This document shows, piece after piece, positions 42,001 to 51,399 of a stretch of DNA of 64,000 bases. The translations under genes and the position numbers were made by a program. Below the pieces are notes generated by a model that worked only from the letters and a program-made list of their open reading frames with translations, ran no database searches and was not told where the DNA came from. This DNA comes from a bacterium (lineage in GTDB: Bacteria; SZUA-182; DTGQ01; JAFGSM01), in NCBI GenBank assembly GCA_049472335.1, contig JBLIRO010000006.1, positions 22,874 through 86,873 of the forward strand, in the 5' to 3' direction. How positions within the stretch are numbered: position 1 is the stretch's first letter; each line of letters begins with the position of its first letter.

Positions 42001-44808
42001 AATACCAAACTCCTCTCCCACAGGAGGACCGGCGCTAATAGCAATAGAGCTTGTGGTTGTAGTTACTTCACTATTATAGTAATAATATGCCTTGATACTT
42101 ACCGGACCGGCCTTGGTACCGCTTCTGAGAAGGGTTGTTACCTGACCGTTTTCAGTCATGGCTGAAGGCGGTCCGATAATCTCTCCTCCATTTGGGCCGC
42201 TTTGAATGGTAAAATCAATCCTATACCCATCAGGAACCGGGTCACTATGGGAATCTGTGACATCAAAGGTTATCCTTGAGGTAGATATCCCGCCTGTGCC
42301 TTTTATACTGATGGACATTGGACTGGGAAAACCACTTGCAATCCGGATATCTGCCGGTGAAGGAAGGACTTTGGCTGAAGCCGATCCCGTTATATCCATA
42401 CTGCCCGCATCCCAGGTCGCAGTTATGACAATGGTTCCGTCTTTATCAGAAGCTATAAATGTAGCCCTCACCTCGCCACCGGAGGAAAAACCGTAGGCTT
42501 TTCCGTTAACTGGGTCGATGAAAATGCTATTGGGATCAAAATGTCCCAGTGTCCCGTCGCTGAGTGTAAATACCACTGTTTGGCCATCCACTGGCGGGCC
42601 ACCGGAGGCATCCGTCAATGTGGCCACAACGGTAGCTTCTTCTTCTCCGGTACCTAAAAGGGAATTAGGTGTTATGGCAAGACTCACGCTCCCCGGCGTA
42701 TAGGTAATTTGAATCTCTTCGATTATTCCACCGCTTGATGCCTGAATCGTAGCGGTTCCCACATTAGGATCGCTTATTAACCGTGCCGTTGCTTCACCAC
42801 CCGCTGTATAGCTTGTTACTGAAGTTGTTCCAGTTATTTGAAAGGTGCCTCCTCCTGATACAATCGTAAAAATAACCGGTGTATCATCAGGGGCTTTTCC
42901 ACCACCAATAATAGTAACAGCGGCGGTTATGTTTGCCTTGCTTGATCCGTCCGCCGGCAGGCTCTCAGGTTCGGCGCTGAGTGTCATACTGGCAACCTGT
43001 GCACCTGTTAATTTGATTATTGTACTCGCTGTTATTTCGTTTGTGGTCTCAACAGTCACTATATCATTACCTGAGCCTGGAACGTAACCGGGGGTTGTAT
43101 AGGTTATCGCTGCCTCTCCTATGGTCGTTGTTTCCATAAGCGTGCTCAGGTCCCCGTCAATAGTGTTAAATGTAAGTATGGTTCCGTCTGCTACAGGATT
43201 TCCGTGTACATCAAAAACCATTACTGTGATAGTACTTTCACTTAAACCGTCCGCAACAAGGTCCGCGGGAGTTGCTTTTATATTTATCGTTGCAGGCGGC
43301 CCTGGTATAAATGCAACGGTCGTACTGCCGTTAAATCCACCTGCTTCACCTGTAATTGTGGCTGTACCGGTTTTTGTGGAGCTAATCAAACGTATTCGCG
43401 CAATACCGCCGGTTGTTAAAGCAGTCACCATATTTTGAATACCTGCTGTATTGGGATCCAGATCGCCGGCAGTGGTTGTAAAGGTGACTATTGTGCCATC
43501 TGGTATACTAACCCCTATGGTATCTTTTACATCCGCAGTGATAGTGACGGAGGTGGAACCATCCGCCACGATATTTTGGGACCCTGCTGTCACTGTAATA
43601 GACCCAACCGGATAAGTCGGCGCATTAGGATCTCCGGTACTTCCACTCAGATTTATTACTACATTCCCTGTTTGTTCATTTGGCGCCTCAACAGTTACAG
43701 TATCAGTCCCCCCCGGAGGTGAATAATCAGGAGCGGTATAGGTGACCGTTGCGACTCCCTTGCTTGTTACGCCCAAAAGGCTGTTCAATTCCCCGTAATT
43801 AGCGCTAAAAGTAAGTATGGTATTGTCCGCGATAGGATTGTTGTTTATATCATATACTGTCACAACAATATTACTTGTGCTTTCCCCATCCGGAATGAGA
43901 AGGTCAGGGAAGGCCTCTACTATTATGGTTGATGATGGTCCGGGAATGAATTCAACAGTATCATCCGTATTGAAACCATTACACGATGCGATAATTGTCA
44001 CTGTACCGACATTAGTTGAGCTTCTCAAGGTAGTCTGAGCAATTCCGTCAGTTGTGAATGCATTCACCGAACTCTGAATTCCTCCGGTCAGAGGATCGAT
44101 ATCTCCTCCTGTCGTGGAAAAAGTAACGATTGTGTTGTCAGGCATGGCCAAACCCGCGGTATCGGTTACCTGTGCGGATAGATAGACATAGTCAAAACCG
44201 TCGGCCACGATGCTTTCCGCACCTTTACTTAATGTGATGGAGCCAATGACACCTGTTCCGATGATTGGCGGCGGTACTGGTATTGAATTGGGATCCACAA
44301 CAGTATTAGGATCTCCGACAATATCTATGGACAAGGCCCCCCAGGCGCCTGTACCTGCAAATTGAGCGGTAACAACCCCGCTTCCAGGCGCCAGTGTAAA
44401 GAGATAAATCAGGGCATCCCCTGATCCGGAAGTATTGACATAATCATTGGGGGTAAACATTCCAAGATTTCCAGGAGTAATTGTGAAATCTATCTGAAAA
44501 CCCGCATCCACAGGATTCCCATCACTGTCAGTCACTGTAGCGGTTAACGGGATGACTTCCCCTATTCCGATATTGGGATCCTGGACGGTAACGGTTATTT
44601 CGTAAGGCTGGCCTTCTGTAGCCGCTCCGGTTCCGGAGCCAGTACCTTCCGGACCTACATCTACCTTTGTACAACCTGTCAATGAAGTACAGAGTAAGAA
44701 ACAAGGAATGATAAGCAGTATAATCAGATAATAAAATTCTTTTGTTTTTGAATTACTTTCGAAAAAATGTTTTCTTTTTTTCATCTTCATATTCATTCCC
44801 CCACACAA
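39067..44808 (-). CDS. Giant surface lipoprotein: tandem Big-1 (invasin/intimin-type Ig) domains plus BNR-like beta-propeller with inserted repeats
   Basis: LTGC lipobox; about 7-8 repeats of the (I/L)xADG...V.D..G.P..DGT..F pattern; YKSTDSGYSW, FRSIDGGLNW, FKSLDGGILW Asp-boxes; directly downstream of pilQ; start may be one of the next Met codons. Confidence 0.85.
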   Translation of the reverse strand: MCGGMNMKMKKRKHFFESNSKTKEFYYLIILLIIPCFLLCTSLTGCTKVDVGPEGTGSGTGAATEGQPYEITVTVQDPNIGIGEVIPLTATVTDSDGNPVDAGFQIDFTITPGNLGMFTPNDYVNTSGSGDALIYLFTLAPGSGVVTAQFAGTGAWGALSIDIVGDPNTVVDPNSIPVPPPIIGTGVIGSITLSKGAESIVADGFDYVYLSAQVTDTAGLAMPDNTIVTFSTTGGDIDPLTGGIQSSVNAFTTDGIAQTTLRSSTNVGTVTIIASCNGFNTDDTVEFIPGPSSTIIVEAFPDLLIPDGESTSNIVVTVYDINNNPIADNTILTFSANYGELNSLLGVTSKGVATVTYTAPDYSPPGGTDTVTVEAPNEQTGNVVINLSGSTGDPNAPTYPVGSITVTAGSQNIVADGSTSVTITADVKDTIGVSIPDGTIVTFTTTAGDLDPNTAGIQNMVTALTTGGIARIRLISSTKTGTATITGEAGGFNGSTTVAFIPGPPATINIKATPADLVADGLSESTITVMVFDVHGNPVADGTILTFNTIDGDLSTLMETTTIGEAAITYTTPGYVPGSGNDIVTVETTNEITASTIIKLTGAQVASMTLSAEPESLPADGSSKANITAAVTIIGGGKAPDDTPVIFTIVSGGGTFQITGTTSVTSYTAGGEATARLISDPNVGTATIQASSGGIIEEIQITYTPGSVSLAITPNSLLGTGEEEATVVATLTDASGGPPVDGQTVVFTLSDGTLGHFDPNSIFIDPVNGKAYGFSSGGEVRATFIASDKDGTIVITATWDAGSMDITGSASAKVLPSPADIRIASGFPSPMSISIKGTGGISTSRITFDVTDSHSDPVPDGYRIDFTIQSGPNGGEIIGPPSAMTENGQVTTLLRSGTKAGPVSIKAYYYYNSEVTTTTSSIAISAGPPVGEEFGISAQYINVSGLWLDGIADPISIRAGDISGNPVPDDTAIAFKTYNTGGSTVPGSSETTDGVATSTLESSAPEPHEGFLSLTAEATNGGRTTHVTTIAVTPSPDYHIIYAGTDGGGIYKSTDSGYSWENISRSSTISGQNWIDPYINDISIDPDNHNVLYAATGYLGKGNIFRSIDGGLNWNSNNSEEWDGIFSTDKAVLSVLCDDTGSPYVWIGTNGYGALYSPDGENFSWGGKVDPNRGILFYSKGSTYDNPNNNDKGYITTPELSYTSKTEKWTATYVKTSVYIDQNGPFYPNTSASGSNADGYLDDLEISLLAGTESWTITYVGGFDPNLSTTGKPDPNNHGILYVTDTSASTRNETWFVTYRDPNLTFGWTEAGFEVRGTYSGLQAKYMDLSKPYISDNSEVEFYIIPNSTFSHGDCFTFQTLADSWYIKADYSDPNGGKYGNARTDIPFVSSLISFTIYSGEKNFFKKGDFFSLSSIADGKWVVTGEISGIQYARARNNEPYVSDNDEVAFTIYTGYTPFDAGDIFEFHIIASGLGVGKVVHDIVKVPGTNGSSATLFAGTDAGIFKSLDGGILWSEATSFSGDRIMTIEMHPDPPHVFYVGTEDAGVWGTNDGAVSWISYSGGMSKGLSATEPLPNAGNIGNGSMSKVTVKPNVLSETWTVTCTSAISDSGIFSVVGSQSGPQSDATVGIPYESDNQEIAFQIYDGTFDFKEGDTFTFDTIRAPGTNIKDLLIDNVNNKLYAVTYYMGALIPHAVGNVYVRTLDTITNLPIEPWQEANQGLPQYEPPDDITLFAMHSLAIDSDPAGPKAVYIGGEGINFLRSKSGLASAPAGFVWESSKSGMTNRIMARMPVLFSGECFMDVTPNNMFGHVVAFTVYIQDEKGNPPIAGSVFRVIVNEADEIFHVEYPDCYTYQGTFPDPSDKSTDNPFVIWFDFSPGDILDFEFIPNNTLPDPPGSSGSEQAIRYGYSDTLY

Positions 44809-45012
44809 TCAATTACAGTTTTCATTCCTCTCTGAAAAAGCCTGATTAATAAGACCTTAACGGAGAAATGATTGTTTTAGAATTATTTAACCTTTGGATT
44901 ACAAAAAAATAATTCCTATTTTATAAATGCTGTATAGACCAAACCTTCTTTTCATTTATCGACTATTTTTTTAAAAAACTTTATGAAAGACGATACCATA
45001 AGGTAAAAAAGG

Positions 45013-45058
45013 AAGTGCCTAAAGTTGAAGTAAAGAAAAAAGGGAATGGTTCTATTTT
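45013..45058. repeat. Composite short repeats (AAGTGCCTAAAGT and GGGAATGGTTCTATTTT)
   Basis: The 13-mer is identical to 10477-10489; the 17-mer matches 57619-57635 at 16/17. Confidence 0.6.
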
Positions 45059-45154
45059 TTAGGGAAAGAAAATGTTTTTTGCATCTATCCAGTATCCAGA
45101 CTCTGGCAGCATGCATCGAGAAACTTCAATAGAAAAGCAGTCTTTAACCTTTAC

Positions 45155-47209
45155 TTACTCCCCAAGCTCCGCCTTTTTCATCGTATTATCCTTAATTATT
45201 CTGGGAGTAATAAAGATGAGCAGTTCATCAAAGCCATCAGTTCTGTCATTGGCCTTAAAGAGATATCGCAATATAGGTATATCCCCGAAAAAAGGGACTT
45301 TTCTTTCATTGCTTTGTTCATTATGTTGGGCGAGCCCGCCTATAACGGCAGTATCGCCATTTGCCACAATCAGCCTTGTAGTTGCGTTACGCGTGATAAT
45401 GGATGGTGCACCGGCAACGGTTCTGCTCCAGTCAGGCTCGCTTTTATCAGCCTGAATTTTCATAGTAATGTTATTATCCGGTGTTATCTGGGGGGTTACA
45501 GTCAGATTGATGACTGCATCGACAAATGATGTTGAGGGATTGCCCTCTGCATCGGTTGTCTGGTAAGGGATTTTATGACCGCTTTTTATGGTTGCCTGTT
45601 CATTATCGAGTGTTGCAATCCTAGGATTCGATATAATTCTGCCCTTACCGCTAGTTTCCATAGCCTTTAGTTGTAAATCCAAAGCAGTTGTGCCATTTAC
45701 ATGTCCCAGATTAATACCGATTGCTCCAAAAGCAGATGACGCTATGGGAAGGTTAACAGCATACTGATCCGACCGTCCGGTGGGTCCCAACGATCCAAGA
45801 CCCGTTTGGCCTCCAGTCGCACCTTTCACTTCAACTGTATTGGCAAATCGATAATTTGTTTGTCTTGAATAAGTACCTCCCCACTGTATACCCAAATCCT
45901 TGGCAAAATTCTTATTTGTTTCAACGATTCTGGCCTCGATCATCACCTGAGGTGTTGGACGGTCCAAAGTGTTTATTACTGCAACAATTTCATCTATTGA
46001 CTCCGGAAGGTCCTTTATAATCAGAGTATTCGTTCTCTCATCAACCATGATCGAAGGGGATTCTGCAAGCTCTCCGCTTTTGCTGAGCATGGGTTGAACC
46101 TTCTGAAGAAGAACTTCAGCTTTGGCATAATTAATTGTGATTATTCTGGTTTCCAAAGGCAAGACCTTGGTTGCTTCCTCTCTCGCCTTGCGAGCGGCTT
46201 GAATTTCCTTCAGTTCCGCGTCCTTTTCCGAGGCAAAGGTCTGCGGGAGACCAACCCTGATAATATTACCTTCCATCTTCATGCTCAATTTATTAGTCTT
46301 GAGTATAACATCAAGTGCATGGTCCCAGGGTACCGGTTTGATTAAAGTAATGTCTACCCTGCCTTTGACCTCTGGGTCAATAACAAGATTACGGCCACTT
46401 ACATCTGCAATTATACGCAACACAGATCTTATATCCGCGTTTTGAAAATCGAGGGATATGGGTTTTCCTGTGTATTTTTTCTCACTAAGCAGGCTTGATA
46501 TTTCATCCTTCTTGTTTATAGAACTTTCCTTTTTAGATGTCTCTTTTGCTATTGGTTTAGTTCGAGCTTCTTGCGGAGGAACGGTTTTGATCTCTTTTTC
46601 GGTTTTGGATATTGTTCTTATGATTTTTCTTTCAGGCATGGTAAATTTCGGCGCAACCGGTTGTTTTGACTTAACGATCTCGGGCGCCTTATCTTCAGGA
46701 CTTTTCTCTTCAGGGATTACGGTTTTAGATGATTCGTCGTTGGCAAGAGGCTGTGAGACGATCGTATATTCTTTGATATTGATCCTTAATTGGTTTTTTT
46801 CTCTATTGATTTCATATGGAAAGGCCTCAGCCATTTTTATCGTTAAACGTGTTTGAACGCTCTCTTCCGACAGGATCTGTTCCGGAATGACCATTTTTAC
46901 TGGTCCTTCCGAGAACTCCATGGGCATTAAATTCCTGTGGAGATATACGTCAGGGATATCCAATACCAGAGCCGGAGGATCCTGCTGGGCAAAAGAGGTA
47001 TAATTTATCATCTGGTTCGAATAAACGATAATGGAAGTTTTTTGACCCTCTGATTCCTTCCCTATATCCGTTATCATTACCTTTTCGGGGGTAGGAGCAG
47101 AAGCGTCTTGCGGAGGCACATACGCTGGTGCACAGGCAAAGGCACAGACAAGGATAAGGATTAATATACATAGGAGCTTAAGGCTACTATGTGATATATG
47201 TTTTGCCAT
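45155..47209 (-). CDS. pilQ: Type IV pilus secretin PilQ (possible lipoprotein)
   Basis: YTGKPISLDFQNADIRSVLR, VPWDHALD, QVMIEARIVE, VPFFGDIPIL, ELLIFITPRI; AMIN-like N-terminus. Confidence 0.96.
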   Translation of the reverse strand: MAKHISHSSLKLLCILILILVCAFACAPAYVPPQDASAPTPEKVMITDIGKESEGQKTSIIVYSNQMINYTSFAQQDPPALVLDIPDVYLHRNLMPMEFSEGPVKMVIPEQILSEESVQTRLTIKMAEAFPYEINREKNQLRINIKEYTIVSQPLANDESSKTVIPEEKSPEDKAPEIVKSKQPVAPKFTMPERKIIRTISKTEKEIKTVPPQEARTKPIAKETSKKESSINKKDEISSLLSEKKYTGKPISLDFQNADIRSVLRIIADVSGRNLVIDPEVKGRVDITLIKPVPWDHALDVILKTNKLSMKMEGNIIRVGLPQTFASEKDAELKEIQAARKAREEATKVLPLETRIITINYAKAEVLLQKVQPMLSKSGELAESPSIMVDERTNTLIIKDLPESIDEIVAVINTLDRPTPQVMIEARIVETNKNFAKDLGIQWGGTYSRQTNYRFANTVEVKGATGGQTGLGSLGPTGRSDQYAVNLPIASSAFGAIGINLGHVNGTTALDLQLKAMETSGKGRIISNPRIATLDNEQATIKSGHKIPYQTTDAEGNPSTSFVDAVINLTVTPQITPDNNITMKIQADKSEPDWSRTVAGAPSIITRNATTRLIVANGDTAVIGGLAQHNEQSNERKVPFFGDIPILRYLFKANDRTDGFDELLIFITPRIIKDNTMKKAELGE

Positions 47210-47253
47210 TTATTTTACCTCCTCGATAGTTTCACTTTCTTGAATTTTCTTAC

Positions 47254-47880
47254 TTATTGTTCCTGTTCCTTATGTTGAATCTTAATGACTGAAATATTTT
47301 CAATGTTGTTTCCCAGATAATCCGTTACAAATTCTTGTATCACTATCTCTTGATTAGTGATAGCTTTGACTACGCCACCATTTTTTCCCACAAGACTGCC
47401 GACTTTAAGCAAGTAGGATTTCCCTTCGGGTGTCTCGACCACCCCTTTTCTGCCGAGACCTCCCCATATGATACCAACAAGTTTTAACTCTGCAAGATCA
47501 TATCTTTGAACACCAAAGAGCTGCTTGTTCGGCTCTATCTTTTTTTTCTCCTCCAGCAGCCTTGAGTAAAAAGGATCCCTTTTCCCCAAAGGATCATAAT
47601 GGTAATCATCCTGAATCAATTCACTTTTCGTTTTATCCAGGTCTTCCATCCTGGCCTCTTCACCTTCCTGAATGGCTTCCTCCTCATTTCTCTCTGTCTC
47701 GTTTACTTTCGGTTCTGCAATTCCGGTATCTTCCAGTTCCATTATGGTTTCCGACTCGAATTCCTGCGCGAAACATCTGGAAAAGGATATTACGATAAAA
47801 ACCGTGCAAAAAAGCAGGATGATTTTCATGTAAGCATCATAGTACTCATACATATTTTCATTAATTTGAGTCAACATCAT
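47254..47880 (-). CDS. pilP: Type IV pilus assembly protein PilP
   Basis: YDPLGKRDPF, YDLAELKLVGIIW, VGKNGG; start uncertain. Confidence 0.9.
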   Translation of the reverse strand: MMLTQINENMYEYYDAYMKIILLFCTVFIVISFSRCFAQEFESETIMELEDTGIAEPKVNETERNEEEAIQEGEEARMEDLDKTKSELIQDDYHYDPLGKRDPFYSRLLEEKKKIEPNKQLFGVQRYDLAELKLVGIIWGGLGRKGVVETPEGKSYLLKVGSLVGKNGGVVKAITNQEIVIQEFVTDYLGNNIENISVIKIQHKEQEQ

Positions 47881-48476
47881 TTATTATTTTCCCTTTGTAC
47901 GGATTTTGCTGTAAATCTAAAGGTTGTAGCAAGACAACTTGTCTCCAAAATAATGACACCTTTTTCCAAATGAGGATTCCTCATGGCGATATTGCTAATA
48001 TTAACTATTCTCGGAAGATGAGCTATCATATCAAAAAATTGTGCCACTGTATGATAGCTCCCTTTTATACGAATATCTATAGGCACTTCATTATAAAAGT
48101 CTTTAGGTATTTCAGGCTTCGGCTGAAAAAGTACGAACTCGAGGCCAACCATGCTTCCCAGGTCTGAAATCTTTGTCAATAAATTCGGTATCTCTTTCTC
48201 TGTCGGCAATTGTGCCTGTGCCTCTGAAAGCCTTTCCTCTATCTTCGTCAACTCTTCTTCGATATCCTTTATCCCTTTTGTAATTTCCAGGTTTTCTCTC
48301 AGGGTCTTCTTAAGCTTTTTTATCTCTGGCTCGATTGCCGCAATCTTCCCGCTCTTTGGTTTATAAATGTAGTAAAAACCAAACACACAAAAAATGACGA
48401 CGACCAGAAAGAGGATGAGGGCCTTTTTGGATAAAGGGGTTGTAGCCAGTAGCTTATTTAGCTCTTTAAGGTCCAT
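47877..48476 (-). CDS. pilO: Type IV pilus assembly protein PilO
   Basis: TM plus coiled coil, QLPTEKEIPNLL, FYNEVPI, LPRIVN. Confidence 0.93.
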   Translation of the reverse strand: MDLKELNKLLATTPLSKKALILFLVVVIFCVFGFYYIYKPKSGKIAAIEPEIKKLKKTLRENLEITKGIKDIEEELTKIEERLSEAQAQLPTEKEIPNLLTKISDLGSMVGLEFVLFQPKPEIPKDFYNEVPIDIRIKGSYHTVAQFFDMIAHLPRIVNISNIAMRNPHLEKGVIILETSCLATTFRFTAKSVQRENNK

Positions 48477-49064
48477 TTATGTCTTTTTCTCCTCAGTTAC
48501 TTTTTCAGCTTTTTCAGATACAGGAGGTATAAATTGCACCTGACATGAGATGTTGAATCTCTGATATTTTTTTGATTGTATAATGGATTGTTGAATATTC
48601 CTAAGCTCTATATTGGTAAAATATGGAGAATGAGCCAATTCTCTCATGAATTCAGATACAGCATTATAAGAGGGTGACAATCCCCCAAGAGTCAGAGAAG
48701 TCCCAATATTATTGAGGTTATCAAGCCAGACCTGTTCGGGTATTGTCGCGCTTATATCATCAAGGACATGTACAGGTCCAGCCTGTTTCTCCCTCAGGGA
48801 ATGGATTATGTTTATCTTATTTTCCAAGACAGCCTTATGCTGTTTTAATTGCTCAACCTTTTTGAGATCCAGCTTTGAATCTTCGATCTGTTTTTTTACT
48901 TGCTGCAATTCGCCTCTGGCTCTATTTAGCTTTCTATTCATATTAACCATAACTATCGACCAGGATAGTAACAAAATAAGAAGCACAGCTCCCGTAATTA
49001 CCCCATCTCTCCATAGAGCTATTAATGGCTTTGGTTTTCTTGGAAGAAGATTGATTCTTATCAT
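48477..49064 (-). CDS. pilN: Type IV pilus assembly protein PilN
   Basis: MIRINLLP, TM, IPEQVWL, SPYF. Confidence 0.94.
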   Translation of the reverse strand: MIRINLLPRKPKPLIALWRDGVITGAVLLILLLSWSIVMVNMNRKLNRARGELQQVKKQIEDSKLDLKKVEQLKQHKAVLENKINIIHSLREKQAGPVHVLDDISATIPEQVWLDNLNNIGTSLTLGGLSPSYNAVSEFMRELAHSPYFTNIELRNIQQSIIQSKKYQRFNISCQVQFIPPVSEKAEKVTEEKKT

Positions 49065-50152
49065 CTGTCTCCAACCCTCCTTAACGCGAGGCCAATCCCA
49101 ACAGCCATCATTGGAGATACAGAGGTAATATATTCCCGGTCAAACTTTTTAAGATTTATAAATATGTTTTTAAAAGGGTCCATTTGTTGAACAGACACAC
49201 CCAATCTTTCATTTAAAAAATCAGGGAAATTCTCCAGCAATGAACCTCCACCGCTTAAAAAAATACCGGAAACAACCCCATCTTCGGCTGTGGCTCTGAA
49301 ATAATCAAAAGAGCGCTGAATCTCAGCCAAAAGCTCTTCGTAAAAATTATCACGATATGGGATTATCTCGTCCTTGGTTCTTCCTTCGACTTCAATCCCG
49401 TTCAATAAAGTCTCTGATTGCGAAAAATTCAAAAACATCTCCCTCTGCATTGTCCTGTGGAGCTGATTAATACCAATGGAAGCATCTCTGGTAAAAACGG
49501 AAGCTCCCTGTTTAAGAACATTAATACACATAGTTTCTGCACCGATGTCGATCAAAGCCTCATATTTCTCAGGATCCGGCGTATAATTTATTTCATACTG
49601 ATTTTCCAAAGCAAATGAGTCGATATCAACTACCGCAGGTATTAACTCTGAAAGCTCTATTATATTTACTATATCGGTAATTCGATCTTTTTTAACTGCC
49701 ACCAGCAGTACATCCATATTGTCATTGAGAGGATCATCACTGGGCATGATCTGAAAATCAAGGGTCACATCATTGATATCAAAGGGTATAAACTGTTCCG
49801 CTTCCCATTGGATTGATTCTTCCAGCTCTTCCGGTAACATCTTGGGCAATTTTATTCTTTTTACAATAACAGATCTTCCTGAAATAGAGACAGCCACATT
49901 TTTGGTCTCTATCTTGTTATCAGCAAACGTCTTCTTAATAGTTTCCGCGACAATTTCAGGTTTTGTAAACTCGTCTTCTTTGATCGTTTCAGGAGGGAGC
50001 TTTCTATAGGCCAAATTTATCAATTCATACATCTTCCCTTGCTTTTTCTTAATCTTTTTCAATTGAACCACTTTAACTGCGCTCGCCCCAATATCCAAGC
50101 CAACCAAATCTTTTTTTTCAAATAGTTTCAATACAGTCCACCTGCCTTCCAT
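49061..50152 (-). CDS. pilM: Type IV pilus assembly protein PilM
   Basis: VGLDIGASAVK, WEAEQFIPF, LIDIGA, LSGGGS, VGIGLALR. Confidence 0.95.
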   Translation of the reverse strand: MEGRWTVLKLFEKKDLVGLDIGASAVKVVQLKKIKKKQGKMYELINLAYRKLPPETIKEDEFTKPEIVAETIKKTFADNKIETKNVAVSISGRSVIVKRIKLPKMLPEELEESIQWEAEQFIPFDINDVTLDFQIMPSDDPLNDNMDVLLVAVKKDRITDIVNIIELSELIPAVVDIDSFALENQYEINYTPDPEKYEALIDIGAETMCINVLKQGASVFTRDASIGINQLHRTMQREMFLNFSQSETLLNGIEVEGRTKDEIIPYRDNFYEELLAEIQRSFDYFRATAEDGVVSGIFLSGGGSLLENFPDFLNERLGVSVQQMDPFKNIFINLKKFDREYITSVSPMMAVGIGLALRRVGDR

Positions 50153-50190
50153 TTTATGGTAGTCAAAAACAAACCAAAGAATTATAGTGA

Positions 50191-50219
50191 AAAATATATC
50201 AAATATACTCGTCTGTCAA
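50191..50219 (-). promoter_or_regulatory. Putative internal promoter for pilMNOPQ
   Basis: Minus strand TTGACA followed by TATTTT (17-bp spacer) or TGnTATATT. Confidence 0.45.
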
Positions 50220-50260
50220 GTACTTCTGAAAGGCCCCGTAAATCTCATTTAAATTTATTT

Positions 50261-51388
50261 TTATGTATGATCATAACTTACCACGAAGTTTATATTTAAG
50301 GTAAACCACTGAGAGGCCTCGCTGCCATCCTGATCACAAACAATAACCTCCATCCTGTTGGGTCCTGGATCGAGGTCATTGGGAATTTTCCATAAAAGCA
50401 GACCGGTTTTGGGATCTATTTTTGCGCCTGGGGGATTATTGGCCGAAAGCGAAAAAGTCAGAGTATCATTGTCTATATCCTCCGCGATAACCCTGTAGAC
50501 AAAAGTCCCGTCCTCTTCGAATGTGCTGGGCGGATTCGATATTATATTCGGCGGAGAGTTGTTGACCGGAATTACTGATGATATCATAGGTGTGCCATGA
50601 CCATAGCCATCAAAGGGCGTTACCTTTACCTGAATCCTGTCGCCTTTCACAAAGTGCGAGTGATTGAGATGTTCTGATTCCTCACTATAAATCTCAGATC
50701 CATTCTTAATCCATTGAAAACCAAAACTAACTAATTCCTGATCCGGATCTTCCGCTTCTGCTTTGGCCATTAAATCCGTATTTGAATACACTACCTGAGG
50801 TTGAATCAAAACTGATTGCAAAGCGGGAGGAGAATTTTTTATCTCTACGGAGGAGCTTGACACCGGCTTTCCCGAAACTCCTCTCATAACAGGGATAACC
50901 GATACACTGATCACGTCCCCCTTCTTAAAGTGTATATGACTCAGTCCCTTTCCTCTTTCATTTTCAATTTGATGATCGTTTTTATGCCATTGATATCTAA
51001 AACCTACTTTATCTTGATTGCTTCCCTCGATTGTTACATCAGCCAGGAGGTCATCTATACTATTAGGCTTCATTGGCTTGATATAAACATGTTTGATCTT
51101 GGGTACGCCCGTGGCTGCCTGCTTATTTTCAGAGGATAATTTTTGGGGATTGTCCCCGCCTTTTAAAAATAGAAAGACAAATCCCATGAGAAGGAGCAGG
51201 GATATTATTATCCATTTGAGCTGTATCTTCAGTCTGATCCCTTTTGACAGGTCCCATAATGCTTTTTTGCCGACTGATTGACCTGTATTCTGACCTTTGG
51301 AGGTGTCGGATCCCTTTTGCGTGCCCTTTGTCCTGGCATATACCTTTTTAATACCCTTAGAAATATCTTTATCAATATTCCAGTTCAT
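50261..51388 (-). CDS. Membrane-anchored protein with tandem Ig/cadherin-like domains
   Basis: One TM, two Y/F-QW.KN...KGD.I.V repeats, NSPP starts, He_PIG-like last domain; start moved to ATG 51388 after AAGGA. Confidence 0.75.
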   Translation of the reverse strand: MNWNIDKDISKGIKKVYARTKGTQKGSDTSKGQNTGQSVGKKALWDLSKGIRLKIQLKWIIISLLLLMGFVFLFLKGGDNPQKLSSENKQAATGVPKIKHVYIKPMKPNSIDDLLADVTIEGSNQDKVGFRYQWHKNDHQIENERGKGLSHIHFKKGDVISVSVIPVMRGVSGKPVSSSSVEIKNSPPALQSVLIQPQVVYSNTDLMAKAEAEDPDQELVSFGFQWIKNGSEIYSEESEHLNHSHFVKGDRIQVKVTPFDGYGHGTPMISSVIPVNNSPPNIISNPPSTFEEDGTFVYRVIAEDIDNDTLTFSLSANNPPGAKIDPKTGLLLWKIPNDLDPGPNRMEVIVCDQDGSEASQWFTLNINFVVSYDHT

Positions 51389-51399
51389 TTGTATTTTCC

